Origin: Balanoglossus misakiensis
Lineage: Eukaryota; Animalia; Hemichordata
Direction: 5' to 3'
DNA length: 64,000 nt
NCBI GenBank assembly: GCA_040954595.2
Contig: CM082579.2
Location: forward strand, 9,413,625 to 9,477,624
The notes below the pieces were generated by a model that was given only the letters and a program-made list of their open reading frames with translations, did no database searches and was not told where the DNA came from. This document shows positions 39,018-52,618 of the stretch, piece by piece. The first letter of the stretch is position 1. Each line of letters starts with the position of its first letter. Position numbers and translations under genes: made by a program.

Positions 39018-39806
39018 ATGGCTGAAGTGGGTGGTGATTTTGCTAGGATAATGCTATGGTCAGCGCCGAGGTGCTTGACAACAGCGTTCGAAAAGTCGAT
39101 GCGATCACGGGGCGATCTGAAGGTCTACCACGAGTTGTTCTGCACGGCGGCATATTGGGGAGAAGACCGGTTCTTTGAGAACTACTCGGACCAGCCTGTG
39201 AAGCCTGGTTACAAGTTTTCTGAAGTTAAGCAGCTTCTCGAAAGCCCTCATCCGGGGTGTAGCGGAATATTTGCCAAGGATGAGGCGTTTTGCATAATAA
39301 CAACGGGAAGGAGAGATGCCGTGCCCGACGGCTTCCGACACTCTTTCCTGATACGGAGACCAGTTAAGGCGATCACTTCCTACTACAAGGCGTACACAGA
39401 GACTTACGGAAAAAAATCCCAGTTTTCTTCTGATGAATCTGGCTTCCGCGTAATGTGGGAGCTTTACCGGTACATCAGAGATGTCAAGGGCGAAACACCG
39501 GTGGTCATCGACGCAGACGACCTTTTAAGAGACCCACCGACCATGATGAAAAAATATTGCGCCGCTGTCGGGCTTGAGTTCAAAGAAAGCATGCTTCGCT
39601 GGGAACCTGGTCGTTTCGAAGATTGGGATTGGGAAGATTCCTGGTATACAACAGTAATAAGTAGCACAGGTTTCATTAAACCTCCCGAGACGAAAGGCAT
39701 TTCATCAGAGATAGATGTCACGTGTTTTCCAAAGTATGTCCAAGAGGCAATCGAAGATGCCCAAGAGAGCTACGATGAGCTGTACAGGTTAAGACTGAAA
39801 CCCTGA
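39018..39806 (+). CDS. P-loop sulfotransferase-like protein (family often annotated 'branched-chain-amino-acid aminotransferase-like'), single coding exon, 262 aa
   Basis: Open ORF with WSAPRCLTTAFEKS (5'-phosphosulfate-loop-like), HSFLIRRPVKAITSYY (3'-phosphate-binding-like), PVVIDADDLL..P and W...V..STGF motifs. Acceptor ttgtgttcag ends at 39010, just before the ATG at 39018. No aminotransferase domain is present. Confidence 0.85.
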   Translation: MAEVGGDFARIMLWSAPRCLTTAFEKSMRSRGDLKVYHELFCTAAYWGEDRFFENYSDQPVKPGYKFSEVKQLLESPHPGCSGIFAKDEAFCIITTGRRDAVPDGFRHSFLIRRPVKAITSYYKAYTETYGKKSQFSSDESGFRVMWELYRYIRDVKGETPVVIDADDLLRDPPTMMKKYCAAVGLEFKESMLRWEPGRFEDWDWEDSWYTTVISSTGFIKPPETKGISSEIDVTCFPKYVQEAIEDAQESYDELYRLRLKP

Positions 39807-41351
39807 GAGAAAGGGGAACATTCTCAAAGGTGACATCAAAGACACGAGTTTATATGAATGTTACGTTCTCGTAATTCGTGTAAATTATTTTAAATACAAA
39901 AGAAAAAATGGGATATCTGTGGATATTGAGACTTTAACTGCCTTCCGCCAATTATATTTTTGACTCAAGTTTAAGGTATAAAATTTCCGGTCAATTAATC
40001 CATCTTACAACAGAACATTAAATCAAAGCTTGGAAAATGAATACTAAACATGCATGTGGTATTAAAGCTATATTAATATGTTATTCGCTGATTTTTTTTT
40101 GTTCAATTGGGAAAATAGGAGTGACCCGTCACCACGAGTTGAAGCCAACTGGTGACACGGCCATTACGCCACTTCTATTTTTCCCACGTTTTTTGCAATA
40201 AATCATGCACTGCCTCACATATACGCATTTCTTATTCACTTTCTGTTGGTAAGTGGGCGGACAGCTACACAGACTGACCAAGTTTGTAACACTCCTTAAC
40301 GACGTCAAAACTTGCAATGATTTGCAATTGAATAGATGTATACGTACATTGTCAATTGCAAGGTCAACGAAAACGACCCCCGCCTGCAAGTCCTTTTGTT
40401 CAGCTCTCACTCAGTCAGGCGACAGAAGAAAGCAAGGTTTCAGAACAGAAGAGCTGGGTACATACATGTACTTGGCATGCTTTTCCACACCCTTGAATGA
40501 ACAGCGTGCGTAGAATCCTGAGATTATTGACGGTACATCAGGCCGATTTCCCGAGTTGGACACACACACACCCACATCGCCAGGAGACCAAAAATAAGGC
40601 GGTAAGTTTCCAGTGTAGTCTACTCCAGGTTTCCAATCTTCTGTAATAGTTAGAATTTCCACTGTGGGATTCCCGTTGTGCTAATACATTGAAATATTGA
40701 CTGGCCGCAATGTACCACGGATTACCCCCACACTGTCCATGCAACGACTTGTGTGTCCAATTTTGTAGAGGCGGACAGTGGCTGGTAGAAGTGAAAACGC
40801 CCTGGTGTGGCCATCGTCGGAATGCGTGAAAATGACATAGTTTGGTGGAAAAGTATAATTACCCATACTTGACCAGGAAACTTAGTCGCGCACCCGGCGT
40901 AGTTAACTGAATTTTGCTTAAAATTAGCACTTCCCTTTGCCCCAAAACGCATGTACTAGTAATTCCACAGAAAAATGTGTACGGAGCTTGACAGCAAAAA
41001 GGTCATGTGGCGCACACACCCGCGCTTTTATGACTGAGGGTTTCACTGGGGAATGTGAACGTTTAAAAAGTGAAGCATATTGCAACGAGACCTGTATAGG
41101 AAAGAGACTGGTCCTTCTGATCCAGCCAAGGTGATTGGGGAAACCCTACAACTGTAACTGCAAGGGGTAGCGGGAGAACGTTTTTTTTAAGTCCACGGTT
41201 ATTTTGCTGGTTGGCAGGACAAAGATACTTGGATTCTTTGATGACATTGAACGCCAAGTTGTTTGTTCGATGGTTGAGTACGCGCGAGGTATTTGACCCT
41301 TTCCCAAGGTGAATTCTATACTTAACAATTCAATGTGTCCTTTCGGCAGCC

Positions 41352-42471
41352 ATGAGTGCGACCACGACAGAAGCCATGAACGCTACTACTAACGCAACTG
41401 GGTTCAACCCGCCGCTGAATCTCGTCCTCGGAAATCAAATCAACATCAACCTGACGCTGTTCATATGCATGATAGCGATGGGGTGCACCATGACCATGGG
41501 CGAGATCAAGCAGATCGCCAGGAGACCGGTGGGCATCACCGTGGGCGCGCTCTGCCAGTTCGGCATCATGCCCACGCTGGGATACGCCCTGGCGCACATC
41601 TTCAGACTGACGCCGAACATGGCGCTGGGCACCATCATCGTGGCGTGCTGTCCGGGCGGCCTGGCGTCGAATATATTCACGTATTGGACGGAGGGCGACA
41701 CCACGCTGAGGTAAGCCGCACTGGATCTCACCACCGGCATAAACGGACAAATTGCAAGAAGCAGTGACAACAAGTTTGACGACAAAGATGACAGCGACAT
41801 GGACAACAAGTTTGCTTTGAATTCCATCAAACCCATTCTAGCAACCACGACATTTCTTAGGTTTATGGCAGACTATCGATCTTGGCTATCCATAATGGCG
41901 CCTGCACACGACATGTACGTTTCCCGTCACACAGTTATGTTGTAATTTTTGGTCATGTCGAATCTTATCAACGTGGCTCACAAACTCACTTTTGATAAGT
42001 GAGTTTTATTATTTAAAATGGAGGAACTATCATAATTAATAATTGGCCGGGTCTTGCGCAGGCGTTTTGTATCACTCAGCATGAAGGGCGGCAATATTCA
42101 ACAGTGATCTTGTTTTGGCTTTGTGTCTCATTCACAGCGTGTGCATGACGACAGCGTCCAACATCCTGGGTATAGGTATGATGCCGTGGTGTATTTACCT
42201 CTACTCGCAAAGTTGGATCGCCATCTCGGAGGCGGTGTTGCCGCAAACGCGGGACATAATCATCATGCTGGTGCTTCTCTTCGTCCCCGTCTGGATCGGA
42301 ATGGTGATCCGATGGAAAGCTCCAAAAGCGTCATACGCGGTCGCCGCGGTAAGGATCTTTGCAAATATGCCTTGAGGGGGGGGGGGGGGAGAAATGGGAA
42401 TTTGGACTTTTTATATTGTGTTAGAAAATAGAAAGGTTGCCGAACAACAATAGCAACAACAACAACAACAA

Positions 42472-42512
<41 letters not shown>

Positions 42513-42513
42513 G

Positions 42514-42548
<35 letters not shown>

Positions 42549-43162
42549 ACAACAACATCAACAACAGCATCGAAATGCAGTTGTTATAACTGATATCAAT
42601 ATATATATGTATTGCCTTTCAGGTGTTGAACGTCATCGTGCTCTTCGGCATCCTTATTTTCGCGGTCATTTCTATTTTGGCCTTCAGGCCCGTTTTCGAC
42701 ACAACATGGCGTCCTTACGCAGTCGCCGCCCTCTACCCCTTCTGCGCCTTCGGACTCGGCTACCTGGTCGCCTGGATCTTCCGACGCAACACGTTCCAGT
42801 GCCGCACCGTCGCCTTCGAGACCGGCATCCAGAACGGCGCCCTGGCCCTCAGCCTCATCAATCTGCTCATCTTGACCGGGCGGGGTTCGGGCACGGCCGT
42901 GGGCGAGATGATGATCGTGCCGTTGGTGCACAGTCTGCTCGCGCTTGGCGAGGGCCTCCTCATCGTCGTAGTCTACTGGTTTTTCAAGCGACTCGTCTTC
43001 AAAGAAAAGGGGTTCATATACAAATCCCCGGGTGGCTTGAAAGCGCAACTGAACAAGGGATTCCGGCCCGACGACGGGAGAGAAATGGAAGACGCGTCTT
43101 TTAATACAGAAATACCGCAGATGACGACCAAAGACGTACAGACCGACTTCCCAGACGACTAG
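41352..43162 (+). CDS. SLC10A2/SLC10A6-like (ASBT/SOAT-type) sodium-dependent bile acid/steroid-conjugate symporter, 3 exons, 369 aa
   Basis: Exons 41352-41710, 42138-42348, 42623-43162. Motifs MGCTM, CQFGIMP, CCPGGLASNIFTYWTEGDTTLSVCMTT, CRTVAFETGIQNGALAL, and N-terminal N-glycosylation sequons (NATTNAT). Confidence 0.92.
42443..42570. repeat. (CAA)n/(CAT)n microsatellite
   Basis: Visible directly in intron 2 of the ASBT-like gene. Confidence 0.95.
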
Positions 43163-43912
43163 AGTAATGAGTCCGTATTATTGCATCGTGATTCATCACC
43201 CCCCCCCCCTCCACAGGTGTGGGAGATTGTCTTCTGCTGTAATGAAGTACTCGACAACTAGTTGAAGTTATGAAGAAATATCACACGATCGGCGCATGGA
43301 CATTTTTGTTGGAGAGGCGTGTTTGTTTTTCGAATGATTCCACAATAATCATTATATTAATTAAGCGTTTGTCATAGTAATTTGTGGTTCATTGTAAATA
43401 AGACGGACTTATGGGCAAAACAAGTTGTTTTATCATCCTTGATACTTAATATGTATAGTTATAATTACAACACAATAAGTAGCAATTGTATGACACAGGT
43501 CACACTACATAGCACGCAGCCGTGATGTTTGTGAAAACAAGACGGTGGACACCCTACTTTCTTCTCTGTTTTCAAAAAGAAGTATAACTCCAGATGTGTC
43601 TACAAAGTGTGAAATATGTGTTGCCGTCGACAGCCGATGACGGTCGTGACAGAAGGGGAGAACTATTTGATTTGATATTATAGCATCATAGGGAGAGTTC
43701 AGCCTTTGAAAGTATATTGTTTAAAAATAAATGGTATAATTTTTCCCCGTATACATGTAGTTCCCCAGTTTTATCCGACGTTGACGTACATCGACGGGCA
43801 CAGCGAATTCTAGCCTTGAATATATATCGCGTTGTTATTGTTTTTTATATGGGGAGGGGGAGTCTGTTAGTGGGTGAGGTCGGTTGATGCCGCTCTGTCT
43901 GTACATGTTAAC

Positions 43913-46900
43913 CTATACGGAGGATGTGATATTCGCCAAGGACGTTGGAGACGGAACTGATGTACTGTTGTCCGGCATTGCCCATGCAGGGATGGTGTCT
44001 AAATTGAAGATGGTATATGCATAGCTGTTCCCGAGCAGATTGATAAAAGTCAGAGACATGAGGTTCATCATCCATCCGGCCTTGACCTGTTGAGACAAAA
44101 ATTACGACATTTTCTATTCAAAATGAATGTAATATATCGGGGTAAAACACGCTGTTTTGGATATCCCGTCAAAAAGGGAGATTGGGAGAGGGTGTTTGAT
44201 CTTTCTGGTATTTGAAACCAGACAAAACCCTATCGTTACTTGCTAATGTAAAACGAAATTATATAGGCACTGACCATATCAGCGATTGTGACGTCACCGG
44301 AGGAATAGAGTATCATCGTGACAGGTGAAGCTACAGGAAACATGAATGCCAGGTTGGTGGATAAAATGGCCGGTACGATGTAGTACAGTGGATGAACCGA
44401 CGTCACACTGGCCTGCAAGACATAGATGGATGTAAATAGATATAAAAATACAACGAGTATAACGTCTGTGGTAACGGTATGGTAATTCTCCTTTATCATT
44501 AGATCCAGAGACTTGCTCACAAGTGCACATTTGACAAGGTTGTCCGGCGAACATGACCATTATTTATCATTATACTTCATACAAACGGGTTTCATCACAA
44601 TGTGATACGGTATTCTGTGATCAATATCTTGTGATAGGATACTGAATTGCATTATGGGCAAAATGTCGACTACCAATAATAATACAGGGGCCTGCTCCAT
44701 TTTTATTTCATTTAAAGTAGAAAGAGACACTTTATTATGGAAAAGAAAAAAACACACAATCTCTTACCAGAGACGTCAAGATCGGAAATGCCGACACAAG
44801 AACTGGAACGTTACCCATGACTTCAGTCAGCAGACCTAATGTTATTGTGACGACAAGTAGAACAACCCAGGGTTGTTGATCACCGACGTTGTCACGGAAA
44901 TAGTCGTCAACAACAGCACTGACGCCACTGGCCTGGAAACCCAAAGCAATTGTGCATATAGCCGTTATTTATTCATTTCTTAATCTGTTCCTATCGACAG
45001 AGATTAATATCACATTTGTTTTCGCGTGGCCACCCAAGTGAAAATCTGTGATTGGTTTTATTGCGCCTTAGTTTGCATAGGTGTCTGTACATGTATATCT
45101 GTCACGGTCTCTGACTATAGCAGGACGTTTGTATCGCTTCAACACACATCTCAAGACGACTGTAATCGTATACTCCATTTTTTATCAATTTTCAACGACA
45201 TTCAACCTTACCCTCATTCCGTCTCCAATTGTAAAATATCCACCGATTATCAGCAAAACGCCCCACTGCACTTTCTTTACTACGTAATCCCATTCTAATA
45301 TAGTTCCTCGTTTTTTACCATCACCTGTGTGTAATAAGGTTATTGGCGTGTCACACAATCAGAAGCCGACTAATCCCAATCCTCGTACATATGCCACCAA
45401 ATTGTGTAAAACGAGATAATAGTTACTCACCCGGAGTGACACAGCTTGGCTTGTCATAGGGAACAATGAAGAAGATAAGAGCCACCGCAGAGGTTACGCA
45501 CGTCACACTGACCTGTCTGTGAACGAAATCAGTTTATGGTGTTTATTGTGACGATTTTTTTTCTCTTATAAGCTTATGATGCTATAATACCATGGTAAAT
45601 TGAGATCTAGCCAATCGTTGATTTTCAGTGGGTGGCACACGCGAAAAAAGAGCGCCACCATATGTTCTTTACAACACTCAAATACGCCATTTCAGCCAAA
45701 TATGGGCGTACGTAAATTGTAGGTGACTGTATACCTTTAAGCATTCTAAAAGATCCACTGTCACAACGTTGCACTGCGCACTTCATAAAGCGATCCAATT
45801 TGGCTGCCAGTCGACCGTTTATCATCATGGTGCGCAAGACGGCCATTTGATAAGAATGCTTTCAATAAATCCAATGAAACGACGAGGACATACCCTGGAG
45901 GAAACAAAGATTTCCAGCCTTTGATGAACTTCAAATCAGCAAAGAACAGCATCAAAATATACCCTCCAATGATGATAAGAGTTGCGCCTTCTGACCACCT
46001 AAATAGAAATAGTATTGTGTGAAAATAATCCATGATGTTCAGGAGATTTCTTTTATGAATGATTATCAACAAGTATTATTGTTATAATCAGGAACTATAA
46101 TGTTTAAATTGTCTCACATATGGTTATGCATTTAATGTTTCAGATCATTTGAGATACGTACATTACCCAATCACGCTGCATGAATAATATGGCAAAATCT
46201 TTAAAATAAAACTGACCCAAATCAAATACTGCATCTAGAAATATGGTTAAATAATTATTTATTCTCATCTTCGGTGCTTACACATACAATATACAGTGAT
46301 CAAAATCAGAAAGCGCACAGTAGTACCATATTTTGTCCAAATTACACATTGGAAAGCGGAAACATACTTAACCTTTTTATTTTGAACTAACCTCTATCCC
46401 AAGAATTTCCACATTTTGTCTGATGTTTCAAGTTAAATTTCAAGTTTATCATGGGAAAGCAGAGAACCGAACGTCCGGTATTTCAATAATATCCAACGAG
46501 TGCGTCCATACTCACTTCATATCACCCAACTTTAAGTATTCCCGTTTGATATATAATTTCACTCTGTCTTTTCCTTCCTCCACTGATTTCTGGCACATGT
46601 GGCTCCTTCGCCTGGGAAAGATAATGTGGACAACATCACTGCTGTGAGCACCTTCTATCGATAATCATTGGCAAATTCTCGACAAACACATTTCATTTAC
46701 TTCTGGTAAAATGTAAAAGAAATATAAATTAATACATTACGTACTGAAGATTATTTTGTGGTTCACTACTACATTACTGTGGTATTGTCTCTCATTACTG
46801 TGATAATGAATAAAAATAGTCGTATACGAAATTCAATTTTGCTAAGCATTTGTTCAATAAACTACAGGTAAGTTCCAATATACACATTCTTGCTTTATCT

Positions 46901-49900
46901 ATTGATATTATCAAATATTTACAACAAACCTCATGTGTAACAAGTCAAAACTATCAAAAGCCAAGATAGTACTATGCAGATTAGTTACTTGTCCATGCAA
47001 TACATATGCAAATGAGAAAACAAATGGGACTACGTTCACTTTGTAAACATTGAATGCCGAGAATGATACGTGGTGATCGCCGAAACTTGAGGATTTTTCA
47101 TCATTCTGACACGTCATTATATTATACCTCCCAACCAACCAACCAACCAGAATAACAAAACATTCAGTTGTCAGTACGTTTGGGAACCTCAATTTTTTTA
47201 CAGAGTCGTGAGTACGGAAGCTATCAAATAGCTGCGCGCACATTAACGTGTCGTGCTTAATTTTGCCCCATAAAGTAACCGTTCTCACTAACTTACCTTT
47301 TTCGTCGAATTGTCCTGTGAACAAGAAATACCATCCACAAGTATGCCAATATTAAAGAGATCAGTTGTAATGGCACCGCATATGCAAGATAAGTGTCGAA
47401 TTCCAATGCACTTTCTGGTCCAAATGCCCTGGTCAGTGTAATAGAGTACCCTTATGTTAATGCCAAATATTTTGATTGGTTAAGAACAGTAATGTGACAT
47501 GGTTTAGCTGGCCAAGCAGACGGATGGATTGGTCCTTAGAAATGGTAAACCAATGGATACATGTATGTATATCGATTGAATCACCGTTATGTCCATAAAA
47601 CTTCTACAGAACTTATTATATTTATATGTTATATTATAAATACGCAGTTAACGAACATTACGACAGCCGTTCTTTGGATGTCGATGACACAGACAGAGGA
47701 ACAAACTCATACAGCCAGCAAACAAACAAACAGACAGACAGACAGAACTCAGTACAAAATTATCTCCTGTGTGTGAACAGGGGAGCTAAAAGGTTGCATG
47801 CATATTGCGAAAATCTACATACTGCATTCCTTAGACATTAACATGTACACACAGGTCAGCAACGGCATAAAGTGTATCGTGTACAAGGACGAGTGTCGTC
47901 CGGTCGCATAAACATAATTCCTTTCAACCGTCTTATATAGCGGGCATGGTCAGCACCTATGACAGGCATTGAAATGTGTGCTCGTCGAGGGTCATGCGAG
48001 ATGGGAAAAGGTTAAATCGGTTTATAGCGCCATGAGTTCAGTGTGCGAGTATTTCAAACCACGTTCTCTGTTGGTATATGAGTAATTGTAGACTCGTTTT
48101 GTTTGTGTGTGTGTGTGTGTGTAAATTCGCCACCAGTGTAGTACCTCGTTAATTGTGCATTTGCTGCTATAGGGGTGACTGTTCCTATCAGTGTCGCTGA
48201 ACCCCCAATGGTGGTGGAATAAGTGATGCCCAACAGCAGAAGGCATGTCAGAGCATTCTTCTTCTCGCCCTTCTTGTCTGCTTCGTGTGTCACCTTGACA
48301 TCGACTTTGGTGATCACGTCTCTGCTGTAAGGTATATCATAGCGTGATGGTATAAGTTGGGAGGAGGGGGCAATTTAAGATAACCAGACAAGATTTTTTG
48401 TTGAACCCCGCGTTTATGAAAACGACTAAAAAAATATTGGCACCATGCGAAGGTGAAGTAAAACAAACAGATAGAACTAAAAGGGAAGTTTAACATTTCA
48501 AAAGAAATCGTTGGACTAGTTAAATTTGCGCGAAATACAACGGTGAGTTTAGTTGCTGGGCATGCTGAGGGTCGAGGACGTTTGAGTTGCGTTGAAAAAC
48601 ACAGGCGGTTGGAATAAACATATTCCCCACACTAATAGACAGTAATATATCACTCGGTAATATATCATATGGGGTAAACACTTTCCAGCATATTGATTAT
48701 ACATGGGTATACAATTTGACAAGTGCTTTCACCTACAAAAGTAACACGGTCACCTCACGTCCAAACGTATAAATCGAGGTTGCTGTTGTAGAAAGCTTGT
48801 TTCTACGTGCCACGCGTTGGGATAGTGTGACTAACTATTTTAGAACAGCTGACGTCACATCCGCGTTTTTACGGCGGTTCACATATGTTCCTCGGTTTTA
48901 TTGACATTGTGCAGGTACTCACCTGCACTTGTTGGTATCCGCGTCATCAGTTCCATCAGCGTCAATTCTATATTCTTCTGTGGAAGTATCCTGTAAACAT
49001 GAACCATTATGCAGTCACATTCTTCGTACAGAGATTGTAGCTAACCTATAGCTAGGGGGTCTGACTGGCCGCACCAATAGCAGCCAGTCAGACCCCCTAG
49101 CTAGATTAGAATTATCCACGCTGCAATTTCTGTATACGGAGAACTTGAATGATGCAGTCAGTGACACTTCGACCAACCAAAAGGTGCTACACGACATTTT
49201 CAGGCGACGATTCAAATAATACATTTGGAACAGATGAACGCTTTGCTGAGCGTGCCATCATGTATCTTTTTCTAGTTGTCTGCGGTCTTACCGGGCCGTT
49301 CAGTTGTTTATCCAATTCTTCGCCCAACGCCTTTCCTATGGGTAACATCATACTGAGCACGGACGTGTTCATTAACCACATCGAAATGAACCCACAGATG
49401 ATGAACAGACCGCAGAGAATGCTGAAACGATAGCAAAGTACACGTGAATGTATATCAGTAAGGGATGATGAATACTTAAAATTAATGGTGTCTACATGTA
49501 TTTTATTTTCATCGTCTGCTGGCGACGCATACTACGACAGCTGCGTACTGTATGGAGGCTGATTAAATGGGTGCGACACGCATTTAATACATAGCGTGTT
49601 CAAATTGCAATCTACGGCCACAATCGTGCGTCGATATGATGTTCATGTACATGTATACCTATCAGTAAGCTTATTTCGATGTACCAATATGAGTTGGCAA
49701 CATGAATTTGAAACAAACCAGCCCCCCCCCCCATTTTTCAGAACACTGAAAGGAGCTGTAAATTTAAGCTCTTTACCCGTAAGGGTTCGAGCCGAACAAC
49801 AGCAAAGCCCGTAAGACAATTCTCTTGTGCAGATTCGTCCGTTCTACCGCAGTGGAAAGTATCAAAATTCCCACGATGAAGAGCACTGTGTCGTTGAAGT

Positions 49901-52530
49901 AGCTGCTACCGACCGCCGCTGCATCCATGACTCCTGTAGATAGTATACAACTAAATGCTAGTATTCAAATGTACATGTACTGCCAAAATGAGGGGTTGAT
50001 AATATGCCTGTGTACATGTATATCAGTTGGCTCAATTAAATGGACAAAGTCTGAAAATGAAAACATCAAAATAATCCGAAATAAATGGCATTGGGGCTTT
50101 AATGACGAAAACACAGTTTCAACCCCTCCCCGCACTTTCTAAGGCAAAAAAAATGTGCTGGTCCGATTACTGTATTTGTGCAAGTGTTTGAAATCTTCCA
50201 CCGCAGAATTGAACAGAAATGGCCAATTACCCAGAAGCGGAAACGCCACTGACGGCAGAAGACCGGTCACCGGAAGCGGAAGTGCTTCTGTCAACAAGTA
50301 TACCAGCATCAGGACCAACGCGTAGAGACATTTTGATGCCTGTGTAGTGAGAAAACGAATGTGTGGTTAATTCTTCCAAAGCACTTTTGTTTGGTCCTAT
50401 TTATCATGTATACATGTAGTAGCCATGAGACCTAATGGAATCAGCGGTGTCTGTCTGTCTGTCTGTCTGTCCCGGGATCGATCGAAACAAGTTGATTTGG
50501 TCAAAACTCAAATTTCTCTGTCACCATTTGAAATATTGCATCTATCGACACATGGCGTTTGATCGAGCATGTTCCTATTAGTCGACTTCTCATATATGGT
50601 TAGGTCGTATCTGCTTGCCAATGTCACCTAGTGTGATTTTTATTCCGGTGGATACCTATTTCTGTGTATACCGTCAACTGTATGATCAATAAAGAAACCC
50701 CTGCTCTACAGTGTATATAGTTTGGCAGTGTGATATATTGCCTACATGAACAAAACAGACGTCTGGCGACAAAGTTGCGAAGTCAACAGTGAATTCAGTA
50801 AATGCTTATAAATTAAATCACAATGATGAATGAGTAATTGAAACTTTAAACCAATGCTTGGTTTATTTCTTGTTATCTTTCCTAAAACAAGATGACCCAT
50901 CCCCTTTCAAATAAGCAAACAAGTGCGAACTGCTGTCCAGTATGCTGAAGAACCTGTCGGTCGGTAGTTGCGAGACTTGATCAGTGTTGCAAGCACTCTG
51001 ACCCCTCAAGGATCTACATGACCCCGTGGACATACATGACAAGCCTAAGTCCAGCACTCAAGTTCAAGTGGAACTCCCCGCTATCGAACCGACCTCCGAT
51101 TGTGGGACTGAACTAACTCCCTATAATACATACATGTAATCATTTTAAAACATGTCAAATTGCCCGCGTGGGGTGAAATGACATCTCAAGAAGCATTATC
51201 GAAAGTGGCTCTGAAACAATCCCTGCATGGCACATTCAGGCGGACAGATTACATTTCGAACTAGCAAGATTGTTAGTTGAATCCACAATCTGTTGAGTTT
51301 TTATTTCAAAGGGTTGTGGCATTTATGGTGGACACGCCCGATTTCTCAGATGATGATGACCCAAGGAAATTAAGAACACTGGCCAAACCCGAAGCACGGG
51401 CCCTTGATGTGTCGCGTAAACAATAATCAAGACGAGTTGTTCAGTACCGGCCAAGGTCAACCGGCGTTGACTACTAGAAAGGGTCATGCGAACATGACAT
51501 TGTGTAAGCTAAGAATTCAAAACATCATTCCAATTAAAGGTATACAGTCACCTATGGAAAATTAGCTATAGTTACCATGGCAAATTGAGATCTAGCCAAT
51601 CACAGATTTTCAGTGGGTGGCACACGCGAAAAAAAGAGCGCCACAATATGTTCTTTAGAACGCTCAAATATGCCATTTCAGCCATATATGTAAATTGGAG
51701 GTGACTGTATACCTTTAAGAAAGGCCAGTCTTGGCGATGTAGTTAAATTGAATTAATTGAGAAAAACACAGTAGAGATCCGTCGCTGAAGAAGATTGGTC
51801 CGGGGGATCGTGGAAGTTAAGGTTAGCTAGAAGTAGCTACAGGTACCAAAGGAGATACTGTTGCATGACCATGGTTTGTTGTTGTAAACTAGCTTGATGG
51901 ATATAATTATGAATGACATGAAAGTCTGAAAAACATCTGTTGAGTTTCCTCGGATGTGGTGAGAATTATTCTTAATGAAAGTAACAACCTCTGATGTTCT
52001 GCACAAAATGATCAATACCAAGATGCCGTTGATTATACGACTGAAACATTCACGCAGTTGCTGTTTGGCGCCTTTTCTTACTAGTAAGGATAGGCCAATC
52101 GGGCAGTTTCATTCCAGCGAGATTGGTGACTGCTCTCTGCTTTGCCATGGACTGGCATTTGGCCACACATGTATAGGTAGAAATCAACCCCTGTATTTCA
52201 CGTTTGGTGTGTCTTGAAGTATAATTGATGTGCGACTGTGAATTTCGAATGGTGAGTCAATAATGGAGAGTTGCGTATGGTTGAGATCCTGCCTGACTCA
52301 GACACGCAGCTACCCGTAGTCGTTGACTGGGGTTGTCATGAAGCATTTTACCAAGTGAAGCAATGTGCGCGCCGTGTTGTATGGGATAATAATAGTAATG
52401 CAAGTATACTTACAGGTGACTGGTACACTATTGGTATGGGTGCGAACACAAGCGGTGTTAGCAGCGTTATCAGCAAATTTTGGTACTCCCGAAGACGCCG
52501 AAACACCGGGTTTCGTTGACAGCTAACCAT
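43913..52530 (-). CDS. SLC13 (DASS) family Na+/sulfate-or-carboxylate transporter, copy A, 14 exons, 589 aa
   Basis: Exons 52530-52414, 50339-50231 (LTEALPLPVTGLLP), 49933-49777 (AVERTNLHKRIVL), 49421-49292 (SMWLMNTS), 48990-48923, 48324-48145 (IGGSATLIGT), 47428-47297, 46611-46516, 45998-45894, 45516-45431, 45324-45212 (QWGVLLIIGG), 44932-44768 (LTEVMGNV), 44412-44275 (VHPLYY..FMFPVA), 44086-43913 (VKAGWMMN..PAWA). All GT-AG, frame continuous, 1770 nt. Confidence 0.92.
45581..45736. mobile_element. MITE family 2, left-truncated copy
   Basis: Shares AAATTGAGATCTAGCCAATC...GTGGGTGGCACACGCGAAAA and the right TIR plus TTAA with 51538-51714. Confidence 0.8.
49020..49143. repeat. Nested inverted repeat/hairpin in SLC13 copy A intron 4
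   Basis: Perfect 21-bp stem 49049-49069/49083-49103 with a 13-nt loop, and imperfect outer arms about 49020-49041/49120-49143. Confidence 0.8.
51538..51714. mobile_element. MITE family 2 (TTAA target; Kolobok-like), intact copy
   Basis: TTAA|AGGTATACAGTCACCT...AGGTGACTGTATACCT|TTAA (16-bp perfect TIR). Confidence 0.88.
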
Positions 52531-52618
52531 CTTTCTCTTCCTCTACCGAAGTGCTATATGTTTACACGTATGTAACTTCACACTTTGTTCGAAACGATCG
52601 GCGTCACATTTAAACCGG

